A stretch of 64,000 nt of DNA from an uncultured Candidatus Saccharibacteria bacterium (GCA_947306055.1 CAMZFK010000001.1:10276-74275); one strand, 5' to 3'; positions 10,110 through 20,585 are shown, numbered from the stretch's first letter. Program-made: numbers and translations. The notes: generated by a model not told the origin, from the letters alone.

Positions 10110-11081
10110 CTAATTGAGCTGCATGATTAGTATTACGACAAGCACTACGATAATAATACCAACCAAAGAGGCGAGCATAATGAAAGTATTTCTATCCATT
10201 ATTATCTTCGGGCCATCCGTTGTCTTTGGTTTTATTAACTTTTGCAAAAACCCTTTTGCCGCACTCTTTTTAGCTGGCTGTACTAAACTTTGGTTAGTCT
10301 GGAAAACCACACCTTGCGCCGGTTGACTAGTCATCGATGGCGCAACCCCTGTATTCTGCGGCACCCCTTCCCCATTAGGAACAGAAATCGCACTTCCTAT
10401 TGAACCAGGAACCGGTCCTGCCGCCTTAAGTGGGGCTTTAAGTTCTTCTTCTACTGGATCTGGCTTTGGCGCAGGCTCAGGCATTAATATCGGATCAGTT
10501 GCAGACAAATTTGGCGCCGTCGCATCTATTTGTTCCACAGTATTCATCGGCGGCAGAGAATCTAAGTCCACCGCTCCAGAAAGCTCTATCTCTGGAGCTG
10601 GGGCTGGAGCAAATTCTGGGGTAGTAGTTATAGGCGCGGATGAAAGTTCCGACGCAGGGACCGGCTCGACTGCCGGCTCGGCCACCGGTTCCGGCATAGA
10701 CATCACGTCAGACGTAGTAGATACCAATTCGGGAGCAACTGGTGCTGGCTCCGACATAGCAGACACTTCCTCGGACATAGTAGGCACATTTTCAGGCATA
10801 ATAGGCGTCTCTTCGGGCATAGCAGGCACATCGTCAGACACAGCAGGGGCCATCTCGTCTGCCGACACAACACCTGGCTCATCTATCAGCTCGTCCGTTG
10901 GCTCAATATCCGATTCATAGTTCGAAATAGTAGAGGAAGCTGTAGGTAATGGCTCCACTCTGGCAGACGAAACGTCTGGTATTACCGGAGCTGGAGGAAC
11001 CACTGGAATATCCGGCATATTAGATGCTGGTGGCACAACTACTTCCGGTTCTGGTTTTGCTGCTGGTTGTATTGGGTCCAT
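10110..11081 (-). CDS. Pro/Glu-rich low-complexity protein with C-terminal membrane anchor
   Basis: PE/PA-rich disordered body; terminal FIMLASLVGIIIVVLVVILIM helix. Confidence 0.8.
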   Translation of the reverse strand: MDPIQPAAKPEPEVVVPPASNMPDIPVVPPAPVIPDVSSARVEPLPTASSTISNYESDIEPTDELIDEPGVVSADEMAPAVSDDVPAMPEETPIMPENVPTMSEEVSAMSEPAPVAPELVSTTSDVMSMPEPVAEPAVEPVPASELSSAPITTTPEFAPAPAPEIELSGAVDLDSLPPMNTVEQIDATAPNLSATDPILMPEPAPKPDPVEEELKAPLKAAGPVPGSIGSAISVPNGEGVPQNTGVAPSMTSQPAQGVVFQTNQSLVQPAKKSAAKGFLQKLIKPKTTDGPKIIMDRNTFIMLASLVGIIIVVLVVILIMQLN

Positions 11082-11164
11082 CTTCTTCCTTACTCTAAAT
11101 TAAATTTATAGTATGTACTTTCAATCTATTATATCACTTATGGTTAAAATAACAACATTAAATT

Positions 11165-13048
11165 CTATCGGCCACCGACTCCGCCGCCGCCTCCGCCGCC
11201 GCCGGAAAAACCGCCTCCGCCGCCACCAGAAAAACTAGACGACGAACCACCGCCGCCAGAGATAGTAGACGACGAATAGACGTAATCAGATGTAGCTAGT
11301 GATATGGCGACAATATCGTTAATATTTATTTTCGTGTCATACCATTCCGGCCGTTCTATCTCGTCTAGACTATAATATTTTTCAAGCTCGCGCGTCCAGC
11401 TCTCCTCGAATCCAAAAATCGCCGCATATGGTAATAATTTTTCATATAGTTTTACAATTCCCTGTGGAGTAATATCTACGTTTTTTACACTCTGCATGAA
11501 TTCCATTCTCTTAGACTCCGCCATACCAATGTATTCCTTCAGGCCATCCATATAGCGAGACATTTTTAGCCCTTCAACAGTTCTAGTTTCAAACTTAGAA
11601 ATTTTCGAATATAATCCTATCCAAATAGCAATAGTGGCAATAAACATTAAGACTCCTATTGTCTCAAAATACTCATCAAAAACAACAATTTTACCAACAC
11701 ACTGGTCTCTTATTATTAAAGTAGCTGGCAACAATACAGCCAATGCGAGCGGAATAAACACAATAAATATTTCAACTATCCAACTAGTTATCAAACCAAA
11801 ACCACTGCTAGAGTTATTATATTTAAATTTTTCCGTCACAAGCTTTTTATTAATAAGTCTATCAACAATTATCTTATTAAATTTCCTATTTAAGCTTATA
11901 AGCTTACTCGTAGCAGTATGTTTCTTCACTTCGATCTCATCACCATCATCAAAATCATCTCCATTATTTAGAATTATTAGGATATTTTTTTCTTCTTCAC
12001 GCATCGCTTTTTTGTTTATTATCTTTACGGCCCACTTGTCACGTCTTATTACATGCTCCGCCTTCTTTATAAATAGAATTTTCTTATTTACTATCATATC
12101 AAGCAGGACGCTAACTTTAATATTCTTTATCGAGCCTAAATAGACTACCGCCATCTCTGCCACCGAAAAACCCTTCGCTGGTTGATATTCTGGCTTTATG
12201 AAATAATTTTTATAAAATCTTATCTTGTCTTTTATTTTTAAGTATTTCCTAATCGGAATTATCAAGGACACTGCGCAGAGCATGCCAGTCACGACCAATA
12301 CGCCAACAAGAAGATAACTCGTCTCCGGCTCAGGCACCACAAAACTCCCCGCTTTTAGTTCAATGTCAAAAGTCAGGTTTTCGCCAGGCGATAAATTATA
12401 CGCAACAAACTCTATACCATTATCGGTCTCAGTAATAGTACACCTTTCAGAACCGCTTTCACCATATTTACCAACATAACACCATTGCTTACCGGAGTAT
12501 GCTTTTTCTGACGCTCGGTCAGCAAAATGCACCGTCGCTTTTACCTTATTAAACTTCTGCTCCCCACCATTACCATTCGTGTCCCAATAAAGTTCCTGAT
12601 GACTACCAAAATCCGTTACTACTTTTTCAAAACTATATTCAAATCTATAGCTTTGTCGACCAAGAACATAGCTCTCAGTACCAGTATAAACCGTATAGTG
12701 ATCACCATTTTTTTCAAGACTATAAATTGGCTCTTTTATACCATTTCTTAAAACTTTTATATCTGCGGTCGTCAAATTTGGTAGAGTAACATTCGTACCG
12801 TTTTTATTTGTAATCGGAATTTGTCGATAAATACCCTTATTCTGATTATAGTCAGGAAAAACCGCTATCAAATCTTCCACGACTCTTAGATGTGAAATTC
12901 CCTCTTCGTCTTGGCTCAGATAATAATTTGCTTCAAATGAGTCAAAATAAAATGAATTTACTCCAGCAGAAGCGTTGCCGTTCACATTTGCGAAAAACGA
13001 CAATAATGCCAACAAAGCAAAACTAAATTTTAACTTCAGAAATCGCAT
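11165..13048 (-). CDS. DUF2207-type membrane protein
   Basis: Signal peptide, ELYWD, YEKLLPYAAIFG and the Gly/Ser tail GGGGFSGGGGGGGG typical of DUF2207. Confidence 0.85.
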   Translation of the reverse strand: MRFLKLKFSFALLALLSFFANVNGNASAGVNSFYFDSFEANYYLSQDEEGISHLRVVEDLIAVFPDYNQNKGIYRQIPITNKNGTNVTLPNLTTADIKVLRNGIKEPIYSLEKNGDHYTVYTGTESYVLGRQSYRFEYSFEKVVTDFGSHQELYWDTNGNGGEQKFNKVKATVHFADRASEKAYSGKQWCYVGKYGESGSERCTITETDNGIEFVAYNLSPGENLTFDIELKAGSFVVPEPETSYLLVGVLVVTGMLCAVSLIIPIRKYLKIKDKIRFYKNYFIKPEYQPAKGFSVAEMAVVYLGSIKNIKVSVLLDMIVNKKILFIKKAEHVIRRDKWAVKIINKKAMREEEKNILIILNNGDDFDDGDEIEVKKHTATSKLISLNRKFNKIIVDRLINKKLVTEKFKYNNSSSGFGLITSWIVEIFIVFIPLALAVLLPATLIIRDQCVGKIVVFDEYFETIGVLMFIATIAIWIGLYSKISKFETRTVEGLKMSRYMDGLKEYIGMAESKRMEFMQSVKNVDITPQGIVKLYEKLLPYAAIFGFEESWTRELEKYYSLDEIERPEWYDTKININDIVAISLATSDYVYSSSTISGGGGSSSSFSGGGGGGFSGGGGGGGGVGGR

Positions 13049-13937
13049 TTTTTAAAACATTAATCGATTTTTGTAGCTCTAGGCCTTCTTTTTCGGAAAT
13101 TTTCAGGTCGAGTCGACGCACCACTCCTTCTCTCCCTACTACAGACGGAAAACCAAAACATGTCCCAGAAAAAGTATCCAACGACGATACTGGCAAAACG
13201 CGCATTTCATCATTCAATATAGAATTCAAAATCTGCACTACACACGTCGCGATGCCATAATAAGTAGCACCTTTTTTCTCAATAATGCCATACGCTTCAT
13301 TCCTCACAAAATCCGAAATACCATCTCGCACACCGCTGTCTAAGCTCTCGGCTACTTTTTGCCCGCCCACATCCGCAAGGGACCACAGTGTTACTTCCGA
13401 ATCACCATGTTCGCCGATCTGATATGCGTGCACGGATTTAGGATTTACATTAAGATAATTTGCGATTCTTTGACGAAGGCGCGCTGAATCTAATACTGTA
13501 CCAGAGCCAATAACCTTCTCTGCCGGAAGCCCAGAAAATTTCCATGTATAATATGTCAGTACGTCCATCGGATTAGTTACGACTAGAAAAATACCATTAA
13601 ATCCACTCGCCATAATTTGTTCAATCATACCCTGCAGAATATTTACATTTTTCCGAAGGAGATGCAACCTAGTCTCACCTGGTTTTTGAGCTGCCCCAGC
13701 CGTAATCACAACCACATCACAATCATGCGCATCTTTATAAGTCCCACTTGAAATCTTTACATAGCTCGGTGCCACCGCTAGCGCATCACGAAGATCCATC
13801 GCCTCACCTTCAGCATCTTTTGCAATAATATCAGTAAGCACTATCTCATTCACTGCGGTACGCTGGCTTATGATTGAAAACGCGATGCTGGCGCCCACAT
13901 TTCCAGTCCCCACAATCATCACCTTGTTATTATCCAT
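13023..13937 (-). CDS. ldh: L-lactate dehydrogenase
   Basis: GTGNVG, TAGAAQKPGETRL, VTNPMD, GTVLDSARL, GEHGDS, KGATYYGIA. Confidence 0.95.
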   Translation of the reverse strand: MDNNKVMIVGTGNVGASIAFSIISQRTAVNEIVLTDIIAKDAEGEAMDLRDALAVAPSYVKISSGTYKDAHDCDVVVITAGAAQKPGETRLHLLRKNVNILQGMIEQIMASGFNGIFLVVTNPMDVLTYYTWKFSGLPAEKVIGSGTVLDSARLRQRIANYLNVNPKSVHAYQIGEHGDSEVTLWSLADVGGQKVAESLDSGVRDGISDFVRNEAYGIIEKKGATYYGIATCVVQILNSILNDEMRVLPVSSLDTFSGTCFGFPSVVGREGVVRRLDLKISEKEGLELQKSINVLKNAISEVKI

Positions 13938-13949
13938 AAGCTTATTATA

Positions 13950-15335
13950 TCACATCAGACTTTCAAAGTATAATTTTAATTCTTCCGCAATAAAATCATC
14001 TTTCTCGTAAAGATTCTTTAATTCTTCTATGAATTTCGGAGCTTGCGCAGCCAATCTATTTCGACGATATTCTTCCCACTCTTTCGCCTCTGGTTCACTT
14101 AAGGTTCTTGGGAAATTACGCCCTTTATAATGCAAGAGTAATTCTGGTAGCCTCGTATCATCAAAATCCGGATGAAAATCCGCCAATCTGTCCGGAGATG
14201 CATTCCGCACCGCCTCAACTTTTATCTTATCCGTATCATTTAAAAACCCATCATATAGCGCCAACTCTGGCTCTGTTGCTTTCGGAAATTCCGGCAATTC
14301 CTCGTTTCTAGTACGCATTTTTTCGGCAAAATCTGGATGAGCCATTAAAATTTTTAAATTACTTTCTATTAATTCCTTATTCAATCCAATTCTCGACCAA
14401 GCAGCATCATCCAGAACTGAAATTGGCGCCACCGCTGGGCACTTGTTAAAGCAAAGCTCTTTTACGATTGGGAAGAACGACTTGTCCGGCAATTTTTCGG
14501 ACGAGTCTTCAAGCACGACATCGACACCGGTATTATCCGCAGAAAGTATTTCTTCTAAATTATAACGAAGGTCATATACTAGCACATTCCCATTCCTTGA
14601 ACTGGTCAAAGGAAAAGCCACCGTAGTTTTTTCAAATTTTGAAGAGTACTTACCACTCGCATATACGAAAGGCTGCTTATCGTCCAAATTTACATATTTT
14701 TTTACTTCTTTTTTGTCTCGTATTTTAAGCAAAAAATTGAATAGCTTTGGTTGTTTTTGTAAAATCATTTTTGCTACCGCAATCGTCGCATACACATCCG
14801 AAAGTGCATCATGCGCATGTTCGTGCGAAAGCCCATTCTCTTTTGTCAAAAGTTCCAATCGGTTCGTAGCCTTACCATCTTCCGTCACCGGCCAATTGAT
14901 CCCGTCTGGACGAAGTGCCCGAGTAAATCGTACCACATCTAAAAGATCCCACCGACTCCGCCCATCCTTCCATTCCCATTCGTAAGCATCGTAGAAATTC
15001 CGCCAAAATATCGCACGCATAAACTCATCATCAAACCTCACGGTATTATAACCGACCGCAATTGTGTTTGGAGTAAAAATCTCTTCTTGCACATACTTAA
15101 CAAACTCCGCTTCGGAAATACCATCCCTTAAAGTATCTTGCGGAGTAATTTTAGTTACTGCAATTGCCGTAGGACTAGGTAGTGCATCCTCGGTCATCTT
15201 CACTAGAATATTTACTGGCTCGCCAATCGGATTCAGGTTCATATCAGTCCTTTGGCCAGCAAATTGCATTATCCTATCATACCTATGATTTAGTCCACTG
15301 GTTTCCAGATCGTAAAAGAAAAAAGTTTTTTCCAT
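13950..15335 (-). CDS. sbcB: Exodeoxyribonuclease I
   Basis: YDLETSG, QFAGQRTD, GYNTVRFDDE, HAHDALSDVYAT, NKCP. Confidence 0.95.
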   Translation of the reverse strand: MEKTFFFYDLETSGLNHRYDRIMQFAGQRTDMNLNPIGEPVNILVKMTEDALPSPTAIAVTKITPQDTLRDGISEAEFVKYVQEEIFTPNTIAVGYNTVRFDDEFMRAIFWRNFYDAYEWEWKDGRSRWDLLDVVRFTRALRPDGINWPVTEDGKATNRLELLTKENGLSHEHAHDALSDVYATIAVAKMILQKQPKLFNFLLKIRDKKEVKKYVNLDDKQPFVYASGKYSSKFEKTTVAFPLTSSRNGNVLVYDLRYNLEEILSADNTGVDVVLEDSSEKLPDKSFFPIVKELCFNKCPAVAPISVLDDAAWSRIGLNKELIESNLKILMAHPDFAEKMRTRNEELPEFPKATEPELALYDGFLNDTDKIKVEAVRNASPDRLADFHPDFDDTRLPELLLHYKGRNFPRTLSEPEAKEWEEYRRNRLAAQAPKFIEELKNLYEKDDFIAEELKLYFESLM

Positions 15336-15353
15336 TCTTTAATTATAACATAC

Positions 15354-15385
15354 AAAAAATCTCCCTTACTCTTTGGAGATTTTTT
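15354..15385. terminator. Intrinsic terminator after the FKBP gene
   Basis: AAAAAATCTCC...GGAGATTTTTT inverted repeat. Confidence 0.75.
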
Positions 15386-15396
15386 GTTTAATTTAT

Positions 15397-16110
15397 CTAA
15401 AACTCTTCGTCGTAATCTATTCCGTAATATGCATATTGCAATTTTTCATAAGCAAGACCAAGTTTATCTACGGCTGATTTCAAAGGATCAGCATTTTCTA
15501 CTGCCAATACTAAAAATTTTAATGGTTTTTCATATCCACCACAAATTTCCCTCTGTCCGCCATATGCCAACTCGCCAGGGATAGTTAGCTCACGCACACC
15601 ACCAAGTTTCATCCCGACTACACCAAGATTCCATCCCTCAATCATACCGATTGAAGCATCAAGAGCCTTGACTAAAGCCGTAGGGTTAGTTGCATCATCA
15701 AACGAAGAATCAAAAATCGTCTCATCTGCACACCAACCAATATAATAAGCAAGGTAGTTAGTATCTTCTTCCTCAAGGGTTCGGCCATTCCCCACCAATA
15801 AATCTCTAGATTTTAGACCGTTTTCATTGGCAGAAGCTTCATTATAAGCTGTTACGTTCGATTTGTACGCGACAAATTTGTTAAAGTCAGCTGCCGAAAC
15901 CTTCTTGAAATTCTCAACCTCCTCTAGATACGTACTCTCGTACTTGGCTATCTTTTCTGGGGAAATTTCAGAAGAAGTAGTATTATTATTCTTTGCGCTA
16001 CCGATGACACTTAGCGCATACGAAGCAACAAAAGTCCCCACCATAACGATAGCAATCGCACTTATAATAATACGTTGCCTTAAACTTGTTTTTAACTCCT
16101 TTTCATCCAT
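15397..16110 (-). CDS. Membrane-anchored FKBP-type peptidyl-prolyl isomerase
   Basis: N-terminal TM; IFDSSF, MIEGWNLGVVGMKLGGVRELTIPGELAYG; start moved to the ATG after TGCTATAAT. Confidence 0.88.
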   Translation of the reverse strand: MDEKELKTSLRQRIIISAIAIVMVGTFVASYALSVIGSAKNNNTTSSEISPEKIAKYESTYLEEVENFKKVSAADFNKFVAYKSNVTAYNEASANENGLKSRDLLVGNGRTLEEEDTNYLAYYIGWCADETIFDSSFDDATNPTALVKALDASIGMIEGWNLGVVGMKLGGVRELTIPGELAYGGQREICGGYEKPLKFLVLAVENADPLKSAVDKLGLAYEKLQYAYYGIDYDEEF

Positions 16111-16129
16111 AATATACTTATTATAGCAC

Positions 16130-16159
16130 AAAAAAGACCCCTTCTTAAGGGTCTTTTTT
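16130..16159. terminator. Intrinsic terminator after rplO
   Basis: AAAAAAGACCC...GGGTCTTTTTT. Confidence 0.85.
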
Positions 16160-16162
16160 GTT

Positions 16163-16630
16163 TTACTCAACTTCTTTTGAAGCAGGCTTTTTAAGAATTT
16201 CTACTTTCTTAAATGAGCCACCAGCTTTTTTGATTGCTTCTACCGCAGTTTTTGAGGCAAATTGCGTCTCAAGATCAATCTTTGCAGTTAATTCACCACG
16301 GGTGATGATTTTAACTTTTACATACGGATTAGAAATCAAATTATTGTCAGCTAATGTAAAGTTATCGACTTTGCCTTTCAAATCATTCAAGCGATCAGTA
16401 TAAACTACCTCTGCTTTAGCATGGAAAGACTTAAAGCCTTTAAGTTTTGGCACGGCTTGCATAATTGCACGCTGACCGCCCATGAAGCCTCTTGGCATTT
16501 TGCTGTGGCCAGTACGAGCTTTCTGCCCTTTAGTACCACGCCCAGCAGTCTTACCTTGACCAGCCGAAATACCGCGGCCTTTCCTAGAAGGGCGAGTATT
16601 CCTATTGACTACTAAATCATTATACTTCAT
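16163..16630 (-). CDS. rplO: 50S ribosomal protein L15
   Basis: GRGISAGQGKTAGRGTKGQKAR, PKLKGF. Confidence 0.97.
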   Translation of the reverse strand: MKYNDLVVNRNTRPSRKGRGISAGQGKTAGRGTKGQKARTGHSKMPRGFMGGQRAIMQAVPKLKGFKSFHAKAEVVYTDRLNDLKGKVDNFTLADNNLISNPYVKVKIITRGELTAKIDLETQFASKTAVEAIKKAGGSFKKVEILKKPASKEVE

Positions 16631-17415
16631 TACTTATTCTCCTTCTTGGCAGCAGCTTTCTTTGAAGTGGCCTTCTTGGCTACTGTCTTTTTTGGGGTTT
16701 CAGCTTTTGCTGCTTTGGTCACCTTCTTGACTTCAGCCGTCTCCTTAGTTTCAACAGCTTTTACTGCCTTAGCTGGCTTTTCTGCCTTGACGCTTTGCTC
16801 ACCTCTGGTCCATTCGCTACGCGGAACCTGAGCACGAAGACCTTCGACTACAGCATAGGCAATGTTCACCTTATTAGTGGAACCAAGCGATTTGGAAATC
16901 AAATTCTTTACACCGGTAAGGCCCATGATTGAACGGACCGTACCACCAGCAATAATACCGGTACCAGGAGCAGCTGGTTTCATAAGTACATCTGCACCAG
17001 TAACCTTAGTACGAGTCTCGTGGCAAATCGTCTCGCCATCCATATTGAAGGTAATCATAGATTTCTTTGCTTTTGAAGTAGCTTTAGCTACAGCGGTCGT
17101 CACATCATTGCCCTTAGCGACACCGATACCGACCTTATTTTTGTGATTACCGATAGCGACGAGAGCTTTGAAACGCATACGGCGACCACCGGCCACTGTA
17201 CGAGATACTCTATCTACAGCAATCGTAATCTCATCAAATTCCTTTGGCGCATCATTAGTCTTCACACGATCGCGACGATTACGACGATCAAGCTTACGGC
17301 CAGCAATATCACGAGTCTCTTTCGATGCCGCAACATTGTCTTCCATCTTGAGCGTGCCGGATTTATTGATTACTCTTGGTGCTTTTTCAGCAATATTCTT
17401 TTCAGATTCTGGCAT
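16630..17415 (-). CDS. rpsE: 30S ribosomal protein S5 with N- and C-terminal extensions
   Basis: RVSRTVAGGRRMRF, KPAAPGTGIIAGG; start at ATG 17415 right after the rplR stop. Confidence 0.96.
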   Translation of the reverse strand: MPESEKNIAEKAPRVINKSGTLKMEDNVAASKETRDIAGRKLDRRNRRDRVKTNDAPKEFDEITIAVDRVSRTVAGGRRMRFKALVAIGNHKNKVGIGVAKGNDVTTAVAKATSKAKKSMITFNMDGETICHETRTKVTGADVLMKPAAPGTGIIAGGTVRSIMGLTGVKNLISKSLGSTNKVNIAYAVVEGLRAQVPRSEWTRGEQSVKAEKPAKAVKAVETKETAEVKKVTKAAKAETPKKTVAKKATSKKAAAKKENK

Positions 17416-17416
17416 A

Positions 17417-17746
17417 CTAGAACTCCAATCCTTCCTTGCGAGCAGCGTCAGCGAGTGCAGACATTCTACCAGCATATAGTTTAGCTCCGCGGTCAAAGAC
17501 TACTTTTGAAATCTTTGCAGCTTTTGCCTTTTTAGCGATTTCAGTACCAATCTTTGCGGCTTTTTCGGTCTTATTGCCGGTCATCTTAGCACCGACTGTG
17601 GTTGCATAAGCAAGCGTAGCTTTCTTATCGTCATCGATAATTTGCGCAGTAATATGTAGGTTCGAAAAATGAACCGAAAGACGTGGACGATCGCTCGTAC
17701 CATGAATCTTCGCGCGGGTTCTTGCCGCTCTAAATACCTTATTCAT
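17417..17746 (-). CDS. rplR: 50S ribosomal protein L18
   Basis: RPRLSVHFSN, VVFDRG, AARKEGLEF. Confidence 0.97.
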   Translation of the reverse strand: MNKVFRAARTRAKIHGTSDRPRLSVHFSNLHITAQIIDDDKKATLAYATTVGAKMTGNKTEKAAKIGTEIAKKAKAAKISKVVFDRGAKLYAGRMSALADAARKEGLEF

Positions 17747-18282
17747 TATTTCTTCCCTGCCTTTCCAGCCTTGCGAATGATTACTTCATCAACATATTTG
17801 ATGCCTTTGCCCTTATATGGTTCTGGCTTCTTAAGGCTGCGGATTTCAGCTGCTACCTGGCCGACTTTTTGCTTGTCGATGCCAGAAACAGTAATTTCCA
17901 TTTTATTAGTAGTAAGCTGTACACCTTCTGGAGCTTTGTATTTCACCGGATGTGAAAAACCGAGGGCCATTTCAATTTCTTGGCCACCACCAGAAAGGCG
18001 AAAACCTACACCATTAATTTCTAGCTTTTTTTCGTAACCTTTGGTTACGCCAACAACGGCATTATTTAAAAGTGCACGTTGTAGACCGTGCCAAGCACGG
18101 GATTTTGGCTCATCATCCTCACGGGTGACAATAGCCTGAGTGCCTTCGACAGAAACTTTTGTCTTTGGCTGAACCGGAACGATGAGCTGACCTTTAGGCC
18201 CAGCGACAGTAATCTCTTTGTCGCCGACCGTAATTGTCACTCCCGCCGGAACTTCGATGGGTTGTTTTCCGATACGACTCAT
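17746..18282 (-). CDS. rplF: 50S ribosomal protein L6
   Basis: MSRIGKQP, LGFSHP, PEPYKGKGIKY. Confidence 0.98.
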   Translation of the reverse strand: MSRIGKQPIEVPAGVTITVGDKEITVAGPKGQLIVPVQPKTKVSVEGTQAIVTREDDEPKSRAWHGLQRALLNNAVVGVTKGYEKKLEINGVGFRLSGGGQEIEMALGFSHPVKYKAPEGVQLTTNKMEITVSGIDKQKVGQVAAEIRSLKKPEPYKGKGIKYVDEVIIRKAGKAGKK

Positions 18283-18310
18283 ATTTTTCCTTTAGTTTAA
18301 TATCCCTACC

Positions 18311-18339
18311 ATTATAGCATATTCTCTTAAAAAAGTAAA
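18311..18339 (-). promoter_or_regulatory. Sigma70-type promoter for rplF-rplR-rpsE-rplO
   Basis: TTTACT-17 bp-TATAAT with TG extension. Confidence 0.7.
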
Positions 18340-18340
18340 C

Positions 18341-18368
18341 AAAAAGACCACCCTAAAGTGGTCTTTTT
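18341..18368. terminator. Intrinsic terminator after the surface-protein gene
   Basis: AAAAAGACCAC...GTGGTCTTTTT. Confidence 0.85.
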
Positions 18369-18380
18369 GGCCATAAAAGC

Positions 18381-20504
18381 TTATTTGCGTTTTACAGATA
18401 CAACCGACCCGACGAATGCAAACACTGCACCGGCAAGTATTACTACCGCAATTCCAATATTGGAACTCCCTCCCGCATAGGTAAAGATACCAGTATTTGG
18501 GGAAAGAAGCTTATTTAGCATTGCTGCGCTAGTGAACTGAGTATTTGATGCCATAACACCATAATTAGAAAAGTGTGATGTTTTAAATGTAATATTATAA
18601 AGCTCGTTAACTTCATCATATTCTACCTTAATCGGGTCAAAATACTCTTTAATATCGCCGTTTTCGTCAAGATAAACAATCTGGAAATAATCGAAATTCC
18701 CACCAATCGTCTTCTTGTCAACCACGATCATTACCGTGACTTCGTTATCTTTGACCGGAACGACATTATCAGATGCGTCATAAGCCGTCACGTCAACTAC
18801 AACCTTAAGTTCCTTATTATTGGATTGAGATTCAGCAATAGGCTTCACTTCAATCTTAATGTGATCAGCACCCTCGACCGGATTTTTGAATTCGGCCATT
18901 GCTGTCATATAAGTATCAGTCCCCTCATCATAGACATATGACTCGCCACTTTCAAGCGCATCGGCTACGGTAATCATGACTTCTGCTGACGCAGAATTGC
19001 CATTTGTATCATGAGCAGTAATTATGACTTTGCCACTCCCAGCTTTTATACCGCTACAAGTAACTTTTGTCGGATCTTCTTTGTAATCTTTACTTCCACC
19101 AACAGATTCCATCCAGCAACTTGTAAACGGTGAACTACCTAGTGAACCATTACCGTTAAAATCTTCCGGAATACCGCTAATCCAAGATACATTTTTGATA
19201 TCAAAATCTTCTGGACCATAAGTCACATCAAACGTAACCTTACCGCCCTTATTTATCTTAGCAGAATCCGCGCTAAGGCTAATAGTCCTTAATGCTACTG
19301 CAGCTGGAGTTGAAGGCTCTTCGCTTGACGTAGAAGTCGATTTAGTTACTTCTACGAGAACCGTTTTACTAACAGAGAAATCAGAAGAAACCATAATTTC
19401 AACACTACCAACGGAAACACCCGTTACAACACCAGCGTCGGAAACAGTAGCAACATCCGTATCTTTAGAAGTATAAGAGAAACCAGATGGAGTATAACCA
19501 CTTGGCTCTACCTCTGGAGAAATCGTAATTGTGCTACCAACTTCTACTGATGCGCTTGCATTAACAGAAAAGTTAAATGCGCTGACCTCAAATTTCCCAG
19601 AGTTATTTTCAACAGAGACATAACCGTCTTTAAGTGCATTAATTTCAACGAATTGTTCACCATCCCAATATGTTGCTTTTGTTGGATTTACGGTAAATGT
19701 ACCACCTCCAACTATTCCTGAGTTCAATGTATCATATTGGCCAACTACACCATTAATGTTGCCGCCAACAATTTCCATCGAAGTATTACCACTAAAGTTT
19801 ATAACGGCCCAGCCGCCATCATAAGCATTAATCGTACCACCAGAAATGCTGATTGTACTGTTTTGGTTCTCAATGTTACCAATCGTACCAGCCCATTTGC
19901 CAGCATTATTAGTAAATGTACCACCATTAATCTCAATTAAACCACTACCATCAGCTGAAATTGCATTATATGGGCCATTTTGAACAAATGTACCACCATT
20001 AATAGCGGTTGAACCAGTTTGGTTGACCACTACAGCAGACCATTTATTGGTAGCAGTATTATTAGCAGTATATTGACCATCATTAATAGTCAACTCGCCA
20101 CCATTGTTAAGTACTACTGGAGCATATGCAGCGCCATCTACAAGTGTAGCAGCACCCGCAAAAGTACCATTCTCGATAGTCAAAACACCTTCGTTTGCAA
20201 TCATTGGCACCGACGAACCAGCAATTTGCCCTACGCTACCATTACCAGTAATAGTAAGCGTACCTTTGTTCCAAATTGTCGAACAACCAGTTACGCCGTT
20301 AGTTAATGTATGTCCGTCAAGATTGAGCGTATAATTTTCGCCGTCTTCAATGACGAAGCATGATGATACGTCGTCGACCAATGTTATTATGCCATCCTGT
20401 GCTGCCGGTCCACCATCAAAAGAAAACGCGCCAACATTGGCGACGCCTAGAACCGACGGAGCAAGCATAGTAGCAGCTGCAATACCATATCGCAGTCTTT
20501 TCAT
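18381..20504 (-). CDS. Secreted surface protein: beta-helix-like repeats, Ig-like (Big_2-type) domain, sortase-type C-terminal signal
   Basis: Signal peptide; repeated (I/T)INGGTF motifs; YTSKDTDVATVSDAGVVTGVSVG; SPNTG followed by a TM helix and KRK. Confidence 0.85.
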   Translation of the reverse strand: MKRLRYGIAAATMLAPSVLGVANVGAFSFDGGPAAQDGIITLVDDVSSCFVIEDGENYTLNLDGHTLTNGVTGCSTIWNKGTLTITGNGSVGQIAGSSVPMIANEGVLTIENGTFAGAATLVDGAAYAPVVLNNGGELTINDGQYTANNTATNKWSAVVVNQTGSTAINGGTFVQNGPYNAISADGSGLIEINGGTFTNNAGKWAGTIGNIENQNSTISISGGTINAYDGGWAVINFSGNTSMEIVGGNINGVVGQYDTLNSGIVGGGTFTVNPTKATYWDGEQFVEINALKDGYVSVENNSGKFEVSAFNFSVNASASVEVGSTITISPEVEPSGYTPSGFSYTSKDTDVATVSDAGVVTGVSVGSVEIMVSSDFSVSKTVLVEVTKSTSTSSEEPSTPAAVALRTISLSADSAKINKGGKVTFDVTYGPEDFDIKNVSWISGIPEDFNGNGSLGSSPFTSCWMESVGGSKDYKEDPTKVTCSGIKAGSGKVIITAHDTNGNSASAEVMITVADALESGESYVYDEGTDTYMTAMAEFKNPVEGADHIKIEVKPIAESQSNNKELKVVVDVTAYDASDNVVPVKDNEVTVMIVVDKKTIGGNFDYFQIVYLDENGDIKEYFDPIKVEYDEVNELYNITFKTSHFSNYGVMASNTQFTSAAMLNKLLSPNTGIFTYAGGSSNIGIAVVILAGAVFAFVGSVVSVKRK

Positions 20505-20537
20505 AATATCACTCCTTCCTTAATATTATTAATCTGA

Positions 20538-20565
20538 ATTATACTACCGGTCTAAATTATGTCAA
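20538..20565 (-). promoter_or_regulatory. Consensus sigma70 promoter of the surface-protein gene
   Basis: TTGACA-16 bp-TATAAT; AAGGAG RBS downstream. Confidence 0.8.
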
Positions 20566-20585
20566 CCTTAAGTATTTTTGACAAC

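Noticed and set aside
11165..11260. GGC-rich repeats at the end of the DUF2207 gene
   Set aside because: Normal Gly-rich tail of this family
16630..16632. Absence of rpmD (uL30) between rpsE and rplO
   Set aside because: Real, but an established CPR-wide trait; used only as taxonomic evidence
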